From an uncultured SAR324 cluster bacterium (GTDB taxonomy: Bacteria > SAR324 > NAC60-12), in contig CAJJCY010000002.1 of assembly GCA_905182865.1 (NCBI GenBank), forward strand, positions 664,915 to 728,914: a stretch of DNA of 64,000 bases. The letters are read 5' to 3'. The notes under the pieces were generated by a model. The model ran no database searches and had not been told where the DNA came from. It worked only from the letters and a program-made list of their open reading frames with translations. The position numbers were made by a program, and so were the translations under genes. This document shows positions 1 to 9,444 of this stretch, piece after piece (positions within the stretch are counted from its first letter, which is position 1; the number at the start of each line of letters is the position of its first letter).

Positions 1-910
1 GTTTTTGAAAGATAGTCGACATCCTGTTATTGAACAAATAGATCTGGGTGAAGTGTTTGTCCCCAATGATTTGGATTTGGAAGAATCAAAGTGTCGGATC
101 ATGTTAATCACAGGGCCGAATATGGCAGGCAAATCAACCTACATGAGACAAGTTGCGCTAATTGTCCTGATGGCTCAATGTGGAAGTTTTGTGCCTGTTT
201 CGAGCTCAGAATTTTCTGTAGTGGATAGAATTTTTACACGTGTTGGTGCATCAGACAATCTTACACTTGGTCAAAGTACTTTTATGCTGGAAATGAACGA
301 AGCTGCTGCAATTTTGAACAATGCGACTGAAAGAAGTTTGATTATTCTGGATGAAATCGGACGTGGAACGAGTACTTTCGACGGTATTAGTATTGCTTGG
401 GCAATTGTAGAGTATATCCAAAAATTGAGTGCCCTGACGCTTTGTGCTACTCATTACCATGAATTGACTTCAATTACGCAAGAACTGGATTCAGTAAAAA
501 ATTTCAGCATTCGTGTTGAGGAAGAAGGAGAGAAAATTGTTTTTTTGCGTAAAATTGTTTCAGGAGAAGCCGACAAAAGTTATGGAGTACAAGTAGCCAA
601 GCTGGCTGGACTCCCAAAAAGCGTGGTAAATCGTGCTCTTGAGGTTATGGAACAATTGGAAAAAACGTCAATGGTCCATCATTTGCCTGTACTTATAAAT
701 GAGACACAGAAGAAACAAAAAAATTCTGCAGAGGTTAGTGAAAATTCTGGAAATTCTTGGGTAAATTCTGTAAATGAGAATCAACAGTTGTCCTTGTTTC
801 CAGAGGAATCACTCTACCTTGATGAGTTGTGCAAACTGAATTTGAATGATATGACCCCGTTGCAGGCACTAAACTATCTTCATGAATTAACTGACAAAAT
901 GCGGAAGTAG
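1..910 (+). CDS. mutS: DNA mismatch repair protein MutS, C-terminal ATPase part (5' end outside window)
   Basis: [15 protein letters not shown] Walker [48 protein letters not shown]. Confidence 0.97.
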   Translation, partial: FLKDSRHPVIEQIDLGEVFVPNDLDLEESKCRIMLITGPNMAGKSTYMRQVALIVLMAQCGSFVPVSSSEFSVVDRIFTRVGASDNLTLGQSTFMLEMNEAAAILNNATERSLIILDEIGRGTSTFDGISIAWAIVEYIQKLSALTLCATHYHELTSITQELDSVKNFSIRVEEEGEKIVFLRKIVSGEADKSYGVQVAKLAGLPKSVVNRALEVMEQLEKTSMVHHLPVLINETQKKQKNSAEVSENSGNSWVNSVNENQQLSLFPEESLYLDELCKLNLNDMTPLQALNYLHELTDKMRK

Positions 911-954
911 CAAGAAAAGCCGGTAGTATAAAAATCTTAAACTTAAATCCTAAA

Positions 955-1443
955 ATGCAAATTGCTGTTTACCCGACAAGTGCAAATCCTCCAACTTATG
1001 GTCATGCAGATATATTGGTGAGAACGACCAAACAGTTTGATCATGTTTTTTGGTCGGCTGCTATGAATTCGGAAAAACACTATATGTTTAACGAAGAAGT
1101 ACGTCTGCGGATGATGAATGAATACGTGCAGCATTTTGAACTGGAAAATGTAACAGTTGAAGCTTTCAGAGGTTCTACTATTCGCTATGTGCAAAAACGA
1201 AAAGCTCAGGTAATAGTGAAGGGATTGCGTAGTTTAGACGATTTTCAGGGTGAATTTCAGCAAGCAGTCGGAAACAAAGGCATTGATCCTGAAATTGAAA
1301 CCTTTTGCTTATTTGGAAAACCGGATCTTTTTGCCATCAACTCGACCCTGGTTCGTGAATTAGCATTTCTGGGAGAGTCAATCGAAGCTTATGTTTTACC
1401 TTCTGTGGCAAAAATTGTGGCTAATGCATTAAAAAAATCCTGA
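955..1443 (+). CDS. coaD: Phosphopantetheine adenylyltransferase
   Basis: AVYPTSANPPTYGHADI (variant of YPGSFDPxTxGHxDI), KGLR..DF..E, INSTLVRELA. Confidence 0.9.
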   Translation: MQIAVYPTSANPPTYGHADILVRTTKQFDHVFWSAAMNSEKHYMFNEEVRLRMMNEYVQHFELENVTVEAFRGSTIRYVQKRKAQVIVKGLRSLDDFQGEFQQAVGNKGIDPEIETFCLFGKPDLFAINSTLVRELAFLGESIEAYVLPSVAKIVANALKKS

Positions 1444-1470
1444 TTCAGAAATATCAGAGAGTAAAAAACC

Positions 1471-2091
1471 ATGAGTGACATCAAACTACGAATCTACTAT
1501 TTGTTTTTCGGAGGAATAAGCGTAGCCCTATTCTTGTCTATGCTGTCTGCAGATTTCCAGGATCCGACTGTTTTTAATCAGTTATATCCTTCAGAAGGAG
1601 TTCAGAACTGGGCAGGTTTGATCGGAGCACTAATCGGTGGTTCTTTGCTGGAAATTTTTGGACCGTCGGCTTTGCTCCTTCCGTGGATTTTTGTCCGGGC
1701 TGCTTTGCATCAACCACGTCAGATTTCCGGATTGATATGTACTTATTATGCATTTGTACTTGTGTTTATACTTTCAATAATACATGAACTGGCACTACAT
1801 TCCGGTCTTATAAAAACAGAAGCATTAGAGTTCTACTTACAAAATGGGTATGCAGCAAAATTAGCTCTAATTTGGTTAGAAAAATCGACTAATCTTGCCA
1901 TAAGTTTAACTTTTATGGCTGCGATGTTTATTTTATCTTTAGTCAGAATGTCTCACATAATTTCGCCACTCCCTTTTATTTCTGGAGTATTTTATGGAGT
2001 ACAAATCCTTCTCTTGATGCTTGCCAGAAAAATTAGCCCACCTCCACCTGCAGATAATTTTTCAACAACACAACTGCCCAACTTCAAGTAA
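1471..2091 (+). CDS. Stand-alone FtsK 4TM-domain-like membrane protein
   Basis: DP...NWAGLIGALIGGSLLEIFG pattern typical of the FtsK N-terminal 4TM domain; several hydrophobic helices; no ATPase domain follows. Confidence 0.6.
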   Translation: MSDIKLRIYYLFFGGISVALFLSMLSADFQDPTVFNQLYPSEGVQNWAGLIGALIGGSLLEIFGPSALLLPWIFVRAALHQPRQISGLICTYYAFVLVFILSIIHELALHSGLIKTEALEFYLQNGYAAKLALIWLEKSTNLAISLTFMAAMFILSLVRMSHIISPLPFISGVFYGVQILLLMLARKISPPPPADNFSTTQLPNFK

Positions 2092-2173
2092 CTTTAAGTT
2101 TAAATGACGTTGCTTCTTGATTTGCGATTAATTATCTGATCAAAAATAATTGTAAATTAATTTATTTTTGATC

Positions 2174-2202
2174 TTGACACTCCTGACGAGCTTCGCTAGG
2201 GT
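2174..2202 (+). promoter_or_regulatory. Sigma70-type promoter upstream of the Rdx/SelW gene
   Basis: TTGACA (2174-2179), 17-nt spacer, TAGGGT (2197-2202). Confidence 0.55.
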
Positions 2203-2282
2203 GCAAGATCTTCGAACTCGAATACAACAGTATATTTACGAGGCAATAATAAATTAAAAACTTTTTAATGATAAACAGAAAT

Positions 2283-2501
2283 ATGAATATAAAAATATAC
2301 TACTGTGTGGTTTGAAACTACAAGCCCAGTGCAGTCAGTTTGGCTGCAGAATTAAAAGCATCCTTTGGTGTGGATTCCGAACTTTTTTCGGGTGAGAAGG
2401 GTGACTTTGAAGTGGTTGTGGATGGTAAAACAGTTTTCTCCAAGAAAAAACTGTCAAGGTTCCCTGAGCCCGGAGAAGTAACAGAGACACTCAGGGAATA
2501 A
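2283..2501 (+). CDS. Rdx/SelW-family selenoprotein (CxxU), 72 aa, UGA at 2313-2315 read as Sec
   Basis: MNIKIYYCVV-U-NYKPSAVSLAAELKASFGVDSELFSGEKGDFEVVVDGKTVFSKKKLSRFPEPGEVTETLRE*; Rdx signatures YCxxU and G.FEV.VDG...FSK....RFP; SECIS-like hairpin downstream. Confidence 0.9.
2330..2348 (+). promoter_or_regulatory. Bacterial SECIS-like hairpin
   Basis: TGCAGTCA-GTT-TGGCTGCA stem-loop; loop starts with G, 22 nt after the in-frame UGA. Confidence 0.65.
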
Positions 2502-2692
2502 ATACTTAATTAACAGCTATGTCATTAAAAGACTATTAAACTTTAATGTCTCTTATATCCTCACAAAAAACAGCAGTTTGTACCTGCCAATCAGTAAGAT
2601 CCAATTTACCAATATCAGATAAGAAACGTCAGGGAAAAAAGGTTCGAGGGTTTACCTGAGAAAGGGGGTCTTTATTTTAGAACAGAATAATA

Positions 2693-2911
2693 TTAGAAAT
2701 CAGCCTTAAGAGCCGCACGAATTTCACGTTTCAGATCTTTGTTACGCTGTTTTGCTGCAGCTTCACGCTTGAGACGTTTTGCCAAAGACGGCTTGCAGTG
2801 ATATTTTCGTTTCTTGATTTCCTTAAAAAGTCCTTCTCTGATCAAGGTGCGCTTTAGTTGCATCATTGATCTGCCGACGTTGCCGTCGCGAACTTCAACT
2901 TTTATTGGCAT
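2693..2911 (-). CDS. rpsU: 30S ribosomal protein S21
   Basis: IKVEVRDGNVGRSMMQLKR...EGLFKEIKKRKYHCKPS; basic, 72 aa. Confidence 0.9.
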   Translation of the reverse strand: MPIKVEVRDGNVGRSMMQLKRTLIREGLFKEIKKRKYHCKPSLAKRLKREAAAKQRNKDLKREIRAALKADF

Positions 2912-2997
2912 GAACTACCTTTTAATGCATTAAGAAATGAATTGTTATGATTTTAACCCTTAATTATCGACGCATTAATTTTACAAATGCAATATTT

Positions 2998-3708
2998 TTA
3001 TTCTTTTTTATCAGATTTTTCATCAGGAGCAGGAAGCGCAGCCCGTTTTTTCAATTCAAGTAATGCTAATTCCATATCAGAAGAGTCATGTTCCAATTCC
3101 TCAAATTTACTTTCCAAACTGTCTTTATCAGATTCCATGCTGATTTCCTGATAAGCTTCAGCTCTAGTCTGCATGTTTTCCACCTTTTCTTCAATTCGTG
3201 CAATCGTTTCCATTGTACCGGAAGTTTCTCCTAGACCTTCCATCGTTTGATAAATATTTTCCTGAGCTTCTGCCTGTTTTTGTTTTACAGATAAGATTCC
3301 TTTTTTGCGTTTAATTTCATCTATTTTATCTTCCAAAGTTTGGTAACTGCTCCGTAGGGCATCCGCATTGTTCCGGTGCATTTCAAGTTGTTTTTCATAA
3401 TCAGTAGCTCGGATAGTAAATTCTTTTTTCCGTGTCAGGGCCTCTTTAGCCAAATCATCTTTTTCATTTTGGACTGCAAGGATAGCCTTTTGCTCCCATT
3501 TTTCCGCTTTTTTATGTTCTTTTTCTGTGTCGCGTTCCAACCGTTTCTGTAAAGCTAAAGCTTCAGTCATTTGCTTTTTAGCTTTCTGTTTTTGCACTTC
3601 CAAATCAGAAAGCATTTGCTGAAGCATTTTTTCTGGATCTTCCGCTTTATCCAGCATGTCATTAGCATTTGCTCGGAACAGATTAAATAGTCTAGAGATG
3701 ATTCCCAT
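2998..3708 (-). CDS. pspA: PspA/IM30 family protein
   Basis: MGIISRLFNLFRANANDMLDKAEDPEKMLQQ N-terminus; coiled coil; DDLAKEAL.RK. Confidence 0.93.
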   Translation of the reverse strand: MGIISRLFNLFRANANDMLDKAEDPEKMLQQMLSDLEVQKQKAKKQMTEALALQKRLERDTEKEHKKAEKWEQKAILAVQNEKDDLAKEALTRKKEFTIRATDYEKQLEMHRNNADALRSSYQTLEDKIDEIKRKKGILSVKQKQAEAQENIYQTMEGLGETSGTMETIARIEEKVENMQTRAEAYQEISMESDKDSLESKFEELEHDSSDMELALLELKKRAALPAPDEKSDKKE

Positions 3709-3729
3709 AAATTTTTCTGAATGAAGATT

Positions 3730-5392
3730 CTAGAAGAGTTGTTTACGTTTGTTTGAAGGAAGGATTTTGAGGGCTTCTCTATATTTTGCTACAGTTCTAC
3801 GAGCAACTTTAATTCCACTTTTACGATCCAGAACATCTGCGATCTGCAAATCTGTATAAGGTGATTTAAGATTTTCTTTTTGCACCATTTGCATGATCAT
3901 ATCTTTTATCCGTTTTGAAGAAACTGCTTCTCCTATACCTTGATCAATGCCACTTGTGAAGAAATATTTTAATTCAAAGATTCCTTGAGGAGTGTGAACA
4001 TATTTATTGGTAGTGATTCGGCTGACCGTTGACTCGTGTACGTCAATATCTTCAGCAACATTTTTCAGTACAAGCGGTCGCAAAAAGTGGATACCTTTTT
4101 CAAAGAATTGCTTTTGAAAGCGGAGTATGCTTTTAGTCACACGGTAAATAGTCTTTTGTCTCTGCTCTATACTTTTTAGCAGCCATTGGCCCGCTTTAAC
4201 TTTTTCTAAAATATAATCTTTTGTGAGGCTACCGTCATCCTCCATAGTATTGCTCAAATCTTTATAATAATATGGATGAACTTTGTATAAACCAGATAGA
4301 TCTGAAATATTTTCTTTATATTCACCATCTTTTTGATAGATATAGACATCAGGAATTATGTAATGATGTGATGGATTGGAAATAAACTCTCTTCCAGGTT
4401 TTGGCTCAAATGTTCTACACCTGCTGAAACAACATGTATCCATTTTAAATTAGGTGAAATTTTTTTAAGATCTTTTGATTCCAGTAGCGGCATGTCATTT
4501 TTGACTATGCGGGTACTCAAACTGTCAATTTCGCCCAAAATATCCAACTGAATTAACAGACACTCCTGTAAATTTCTGGCGCCAACCCCGTTCGGATTGA
4601 ATTGTTGTATTTTACCCAATACATATTCTACGAAGGCACCGACTGCCGATGGAACTTCAAGCTTTTTTGGTTCTTCTTCCGGAATAATCTCTTCTTCATC
4701 AAAGCTAGAAAGTTCTTCTTTTTTCTTTTTTTTCTTTTGTGTTGATTTGCCAGATTGAAATTTTAGGTCTAACAAATCAGGATCAACTTCTGGTAGTTCA
4801 GGTAATTCACCACTTTTATGTTGTGCAATAATTAGTTCGTATAAATCATACTGTGATTCTAACAGTTCTCGGATACTGGTTACCAGAAAACCATCATCAT
4901 CTATGTTACCAATCAAGTATGCACCTGTTTTATATTCAAGGGGAGAAAGTTCCAGCATGTCTAACTGCCATACCAGGTGATCTGCTAAAGATTCTCTTTG
5001 TGCGGCTGTGGCTTCAATAGAGGGATATTCCTCGTCGTCTGAAACTGAATTATATCGACGTTCCTGATAACCTCCGAACTGCTCTACTTGTTCAATATAC
5101 TGCTGCCAATCAACTTCGTCCTGTTCTTTATTATTCGGTTCGTTTTCACGGGCAGTTTCGAAGTCGTCTGTATCGGTAACCACTTCAGGACTGTCTGAAG
5201 TTTCCGTTGTTTCTTGAGAATCTTCTGTTTTGTTAGGGAAGGTGTCCATATCTATTCCTTCCTCAAGAACAGGGTTCTCGATTAGAGTTAAATCGAGGTG
5301 CTTCTGGGCGAATTATTTTGAAGCTTGTAAATGCAGTGGCCCCTAGAGTTAGATTTTTATTCCAATCATTATCTGCATTTTCATCTGCATTA
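3730..5392 (-). CDS. rpoN: RNA polymerase sigma-54 factor (frameshifted near 4400-4460; 5' region garbled, start approximate)
   Basis: LIENPVLEE, SLADHLVWQL, IGNIDDDGFL, PNGVGARNLQECLLIQL, HESTVSRIT, RpoN box ARRTVAKYRE; directly downstream of lptB. Confidence 0.92.
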
Positions 5393-5510
5393 TCAGATAT
5401 GTATCTGTCAATAATAGAGTTATGAAAATTATTTTCAAAATTGGTTGATTAAGAAATGATCTTAATATGCTTAGTATTAAGTTCACTCCAAGTTGAGGAA
5501 AAAGTCAAAC

Positions 5511-6239
5511 CTACATAGAGAAAGATTTGCCGAGATAAACTTTTTTGGCCTGATCATTCTCGACTAACTCATCCGGAGTTCCGCCTATTAACAACTCTCC
5601 TTCATTCATAATGTAGCCGTAATCAATAATTCCAAAAGTCTCTCGGACATTGTGGTCTGTGATTAATACTCCGATATTGCGCTTTGAAAGTTGTCTAATG
5701 ATTGTTTGAATATCAGCAACTGCAATTGGATCCACACCTGCGAAGGGCTCATCCAGCAACATGATCGCCGGTTCAAGCACAAGTGCACGTGCTATTTCTG
5801 CACGCCTGCTTTCTCCACCAGAAAGCGCATATCCTTTTATTTTTCGAACGTGCTGTATTCCAAGTTCGTTTAGCAGAGAGTCTAGACGATCTTTTTTTTC
5901 TGAACTACTCAGCGGAAGCATTTCCAACACTGCAATTAAGTTCTCCTCTACAGTGAGTTTTCGAAAAATTGAACGTTCTTGAGAAAGGTAACCGAGGCCG
6001 GCTTTAGCTCTCTTATGCATGGGGTATCCTGTGATATCATGACCGTCCAAAAAGATGGTTCCTTCGTCTGGACGTTGTACACCAACTATCATGTAAAAAG
6101 CTGTCGTCTTACCAGCACCATTAGGACCAAGAAGGCCAACGACCTGTCCCTGAGTGACTTCAAGAGAGATACCTTTGACCGCATGTCTGCCCTGATATGA
6201 CTTTGTCAGGTTAGTAGCTTCTAATTTTCTTATACTCAA
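5511..6239 (-). CDS. lptB: LPS export ABC transporter ATPase LptB
   Basis: GLLGPNGAGKTT, LSGGESRRAEIARAL, DEPFAGVDPIAV, LITDHNVRET; upstream of rpoN. Confidence 0.96.
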   Translation of the reverse strand: MSIRKLEATNLTKSYQGRHAVKGISLEVTQGQVVGLLGPNGAGKTTAFYMIVGVQRPDEGTIFLDGHDITGYPMHKRAKAGLGYLSQERSIFRKLTVEENLIAVLEMLPLSSSEKKDRLDSLLNELGIQHVRKIKGYALSGGESRRAEIARALVLEPAIMLLDEPFAGVDPIAVADIQTIIRQLSKRNIGVLITDHNVRETFGIIDYGYIMNEGELLIGGTPDELVENDQAKKVYLGKSFSM

Positions 6240-6337
6240 ACCAAGTCTCCGGGTAACTCTGAATTGACAATAATAATTTATTTTTGTATAGTCTTCCTAG
6301 CTTTAGTAATAATTAATTGTAGCAGAAAGAGAATTAT

Positions 6338-6694
6338 ATGCCAATCTACGAATACCTCTGTTCGAGTTGTGGATACCAGTTTGAAGAAGTGCAAAAATTC
6401 AGTGAACCTTCCTTGGAAGAATGTCCGGATTGCGGGAAAAACAGTGCACAACGCCAGGTTTCGATGAGTTCATTTCACCTTAAGGGTGGTGGCTGGTACA
6501 AAGATGGTTATTCCAGCAACGTGGCTGAAAAAGAAAACACAGAAAGAACCGGAAAGGAAGACAGTTCCACATCAAGTAAGGAGTCGACAACCGGGGAAAA
6601 GCCGCCAGTTGCTGAAAAATTAAAAACAACAGAAAAGAAGGAATCAAATTCAAATAAAATTGCTAAAACTTCTAGCAAAGAAAAAGCCGCCTAA
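6338..6694 (+). CDS. FmdB-family zinc-ribbon protein
   Basis: MPIYEYLCSSCG...CPDCG...FHLKGGGWYKDGY, then a low-complexity tail. Confidence 0.9.
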   Translation: MPIYEYLCSSCGYQFEEVQKFSEPSLEECPDCGKNSAQRQVSMSSFHLKGGGWYKDGYSSNVAEKENTERTGKEDSSTSSKESTTGEKPPVAEKLKTTEKKESNSNKIAKTSSKEKAA

Positions 6695-6733
6695 ATATTT
6701 TCTCCACTTCTTCCTTAAAGTCTAATCCTAATC

Positions 6734-7411
6734 ATGAAATTGTTTTTCAGACAAACTTTAATTTTGGTCTGGAAAGATGTACTGATTGATTTGAAACGTA
6801 AAGACAACTTGCTTTCAATGCTCTTGTTTGCAATTCTGACTTTGCTGGTCTTTCAATTTGCGATGGGAGAGGAACCAGACAGATTTAAGATGGCACTTCC
6901 AGGGGTTATCTGGGTTGTGTTCCTGATGAGCGGTGTGCTTGGACTGGAAAAATCTTTTATGCAGGAAATGGAATCTGGCTGCATGGGAGGGTTGTTGTTG
7001 GCACCAGTAGAACGAAGTGTTTTATTTTTAGGTAAAATGCTGGCAAATACCTTGTTCCTTTTGATTTCGCAGCTTTTGTTTATCCCTCTATGCCTGTTTC
7101 TTTTCGAGATTGAGGTAATAAACTGGTTAGAGTTTTTAATGGTTATTCTTTTTGGGACAATTGGATTCAGTTCATTAGGAACTTTGTTGACTGCAATGAC
7201 GTCAACTTTACACGGGAAAGGAATGCTTTTACCGATTCTTATTTTTCCACTAATGGTTCCAAGTCTATTATGTGTTGTCCGCCTTACGGATTTTCTTTTT
7301 TTTGGTTCTCATCCTGCGGAAGTCTGGTCCTGGTGGAAACTGCTTATAGGTTTTGATGTTATTCTCTTCACTATTTCTTTACTGGGATTTGAATTTATTG
7401 TTGAGGAATAA
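6734..7411 (+). CDS. ccmB: Heme exporter protein CcmB
   Basis: WKDVLIDL, PGVIWV, SFMQEMESGCMGGLLLAP, LLPILIFPLMVP; six TM helices. Confidence 0.9.
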   Translation: MKLFFRQTLILVWKDVLIDLKRKDNLLSMLLFAILTLLVFQFAMGEEPDRFKMALPGVIWVVFLMSGVLGLEKSFMQEMESGCMGGLLLAPVERSVLFLGKMLANTLFLLISQLLFIPLCLFLFEIEVINWLEFLMVILFGTIGFSSLGTLLTAMTSTLHGKGMLLPILIFPLMVPSLLCVVRLTDFLFFGSHPAEVWSWWKLLIGFDVILFTISLLGFEFIVEE

Positions 7412-7430
7412 CTTTTGCTCAGAAAATCTC

Positions 7431-7458
7431 TTGCAAATTTTCATTGCCAATATAGAAT
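7431..7458 (+). promoter_or_regulatory. Putative sigma70 promoter for tRNA-Gln
   Basis: TTGCAA-16nt-TAGAAT about 25 nt upstream of the tRNA. Confidence 0.4.
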
Positions 7459-7482
7459 AAGAAGCCTTAATTATTGGTTATT

Positions 7483-7557
7483 TGGGGCGTAGCCAAGTGG
7501 TAAGGCATCGGGTTTTGATCCCGTGATACGCAGGTTCGATCCCTGCCGCCCCAGCCA
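7483..7557 (+). tRNA. tRNA-Gln (TTG)
   Basis: TGGGGCG acceptor stem paired with CGCCCCA, D-arm AGCCAAGTGGTAAGGC, anticodon loop TTTTGAT, T-loop GGTTCGATCC, encoded CCA end. Confidence 0.96.
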
Positions 7558-7633
7558 GTCATTATATTGATAAGCACATCAATTCTTTTCCTATTCAGTC
7601 TTCCCTGCACTGGGAATTTCCATTTCCCTCAAC

Positions 7634-8440
7634 ATGACTGATATATCCCGACTAAAATACATTCAATGGCGTCCTATTGGCGTATGTGACACAGGTGTAG
7701 GGAAAGAGCGGAAAGCCAAGATGTTCACCAGGACAGACCTTGCAAAAGTTACATCCCTGGAAGTAAATCGGGAAAATTGGCGTCAACAACCAGAAGTTCT
7801 CCAGCTAATTCAACTCTATGCACATGATCTGGCACGAATTTCAAATTTGACAGATAAAATTATTTCTCCAGAAATTGCAGAAATAAAATTGGTAGGAGCA
7901 GTTCTCGGTCATGAACAAACTCCTAATTTGAACCAAGAATCCGCAGATGGAAGAGTGCAGTTTTTTCAGCTTTATTTTCGAGAAGGAAAAACCAAAAAAG
8001 TTTCGTCAAAAAATTTGAAAATCAATGATATGATAAGTTTAGTAGTTTTTTTAGGAATGACCTCGATGTTCTTGATTGCCAGTCGGTTTTCATTGTTATC
8101 CTTAAACAGCAGCAAAAAATCTGTTTCAGTTTGCAGCACAAACAGGCAGGAAGAAAAATATTCAAAACATTTAAGAGACTTACGGAAATCATTGGTTTTT
8201 GAGCTGAACCGTTTACCAGCATGGTCAACTTTTAACGTGGCACGTACTTACTGTATTGGAGGAAAAATGAGTGTCAAACAGCAGGAACAGCGGTTGCTTC
8301 AGTGTTTGTTGAAGGTACGTAACCGTACAAAAAATATGCCACCGGCTTCAAGACCAAGTCTTAACAAAATTGAAGCGTGTGCAAGAACTCTCTGTCAAAA
8401 GGAACTTCCGCACCTGTCTGCATCATGCAAAAGATTATGA
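7634..8440 (+). CDS. Hypothetical single-pass membrane protein with Cys-rich C-terminal domain
   Basis: 268-aa ORF, central TM segment, several Cys in C-terminal part; no family recognised. Confidence 0.6.
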   Translation: MTDISRLKYIQWRPIGVCDTGVGKERKAKMFTRTDLAKVTSLEVNRENWRQQPEVLQLIQLYAHDLARISNLTDKIISPEIAEIKLVGAVLGHEQTPNLNQESADGRVQFFQLYFREGKTKKVSSKNLKINDMISLVVFLGMTSMFLIASRFSLLSLNSSKKSVSVCSTNRQEEKYSKHLRDLRKSLVFELNRLPAWSTFNVARTYCIGGKMSVKQQEQRLLQCLLKVRNRTKNMPPASRPSLNKIEACARTLCQKELPHLSASCKRL

Positions 8441-8576
8441 TATACTCTACTAATATTTATAATTGAGAAATAAATAGTTAAATATCACGCGTATCATCAA
8501 TGATTTGTAAAAAAACAAATTAAGAAATGCAAAAAATGTTTTATGAGCATTAACACGGCAAATTTACACTGTAAAC

Positions 8577-9020
8577 ATGATAGACAAAAAACACATAGGC
8601 TATGAATTCCTTCCAGTAACTGTACCAGTTGAAGAGGGGCGGTTAAAATTTTTGGCAAAAACACTTGGGGAAACCGGGGATATTTACACAAATCCTGATG
8701 CAGCAATAGCTGCTGGACTTCCGGGATTGCTGGCACCTCCAACATTTGCTTTTATGCTGGAAATAGACGCACTGGATTTGGTGGCATTTATGAGTTTGTT
8801 GGGAGAAAGTTTGGAAAAATTGCTGCACGGAGAAGAAAATTTCAAATACTTTGCACCAATATATTCTGGCGATAAAATCACTGTCTGCAAAAAAATTACT
8901 GATATCATTGATAAAAAAGAAGGAACTTTACAGTTTGTTATTTCAGAAAATACTTTCACCAATCAGGCAGGTGAAATTGTAGCCGAAACCCGCACCAATT
9001 ATGTTTTTAATCATAAATGA
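8577..9020 (+). CDS. MaoC/FAS1-like dehydratase subunit (hot-dog fold)
   Basis: VEEGRLKFLAKTLGE, APPTF, LLHGEENFKYFAPIYSGD. Confidence 0.88.
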   Translation: MIDKKHIGYEFLPVTVPVEEGRLKFLAKTLGETGDIYTNPDAAIAAGLPGLLAPPTFAFMLEIDALDLVAFMSLLGESLEKLLHGEENFKYFAPIYSGDKITVCKKITDIIDKKEGTLQFVISENTFTNQAGEIVAETRTNYVFNHK

Positions 9021-9026
9021 AAAATT

Positions 9027-9443
9027 ATGAAAATACCTTCATTCGATTCTCTAAAAGTAGGAGAAGAAATTCCTGCTCTAATTACTCCTCCAGTAACCAG
9101 GCATACGCTGGCACTCTATTGTGGTGCTTCCGGAGACCATAATCCGATTCACGTGGATATTGATTTTGCTAAATCATCTGGACTGGATGACGTAATTGCA
9201 CACGGAATGCTTTCAACAGGATACCTTGCCAGGATGATCACCAACTGGGTTCCACAATCTGCTCTGAGGAGTTGGAAAAATCGTTTCACTGCAATGACTC
9301 ATATCGGTGACATAGTAACCTGCACAGGCAAAATTACTGAAAAGTTTGAGGAAGGCGGAGAAAAACTGGTGCGCCTTGAGTTACAGACAAACACCGCACA
9401 GGCACAGACCATTATCGCAGAAGCCGTGGTGGCCCTGGAATAA
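9027..9443 (+). CDS. MaoC-family (R)-specific dehydratase
   Basis: Hydratase-2 motif YCGASGDHNPIHVD...AHGML. Confidence 0.92.
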   Translation: MKIPSFDSLKVGEEIPALITPPVTRHTLALYCGASGDHNPIHVDIDFAKSSGLDDVIAHGMLSTGYLARMITNWVPQSALRSWKNRFTAMTHIGDIVTCTGKITEKFEEGGEKLVRLELQTNTAQAQTIIAEAVVALE

Positions 9444-9444
9444 T

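Noticed and set aside
3730-5392. Programmed frameshifting or true pseudogenisation of rpoN (likewise folC, prmA, scpA, mfd)
   Set aside because: Breaks cluster in garbled patches of otherwise well-conserved genes; assembly or consensus error is more parsimonious.
6338-6694. FmdB zinc ribbon as a selenoprotein
   Set aside because: All four ligands are encoded as Cys; there is no in-frame TGA.
7483-7557. tRNA-Gln as integration site of a prophage or ICE
   Set aside because: No integrase and no duplicated tRNA 3' end seen downstream.
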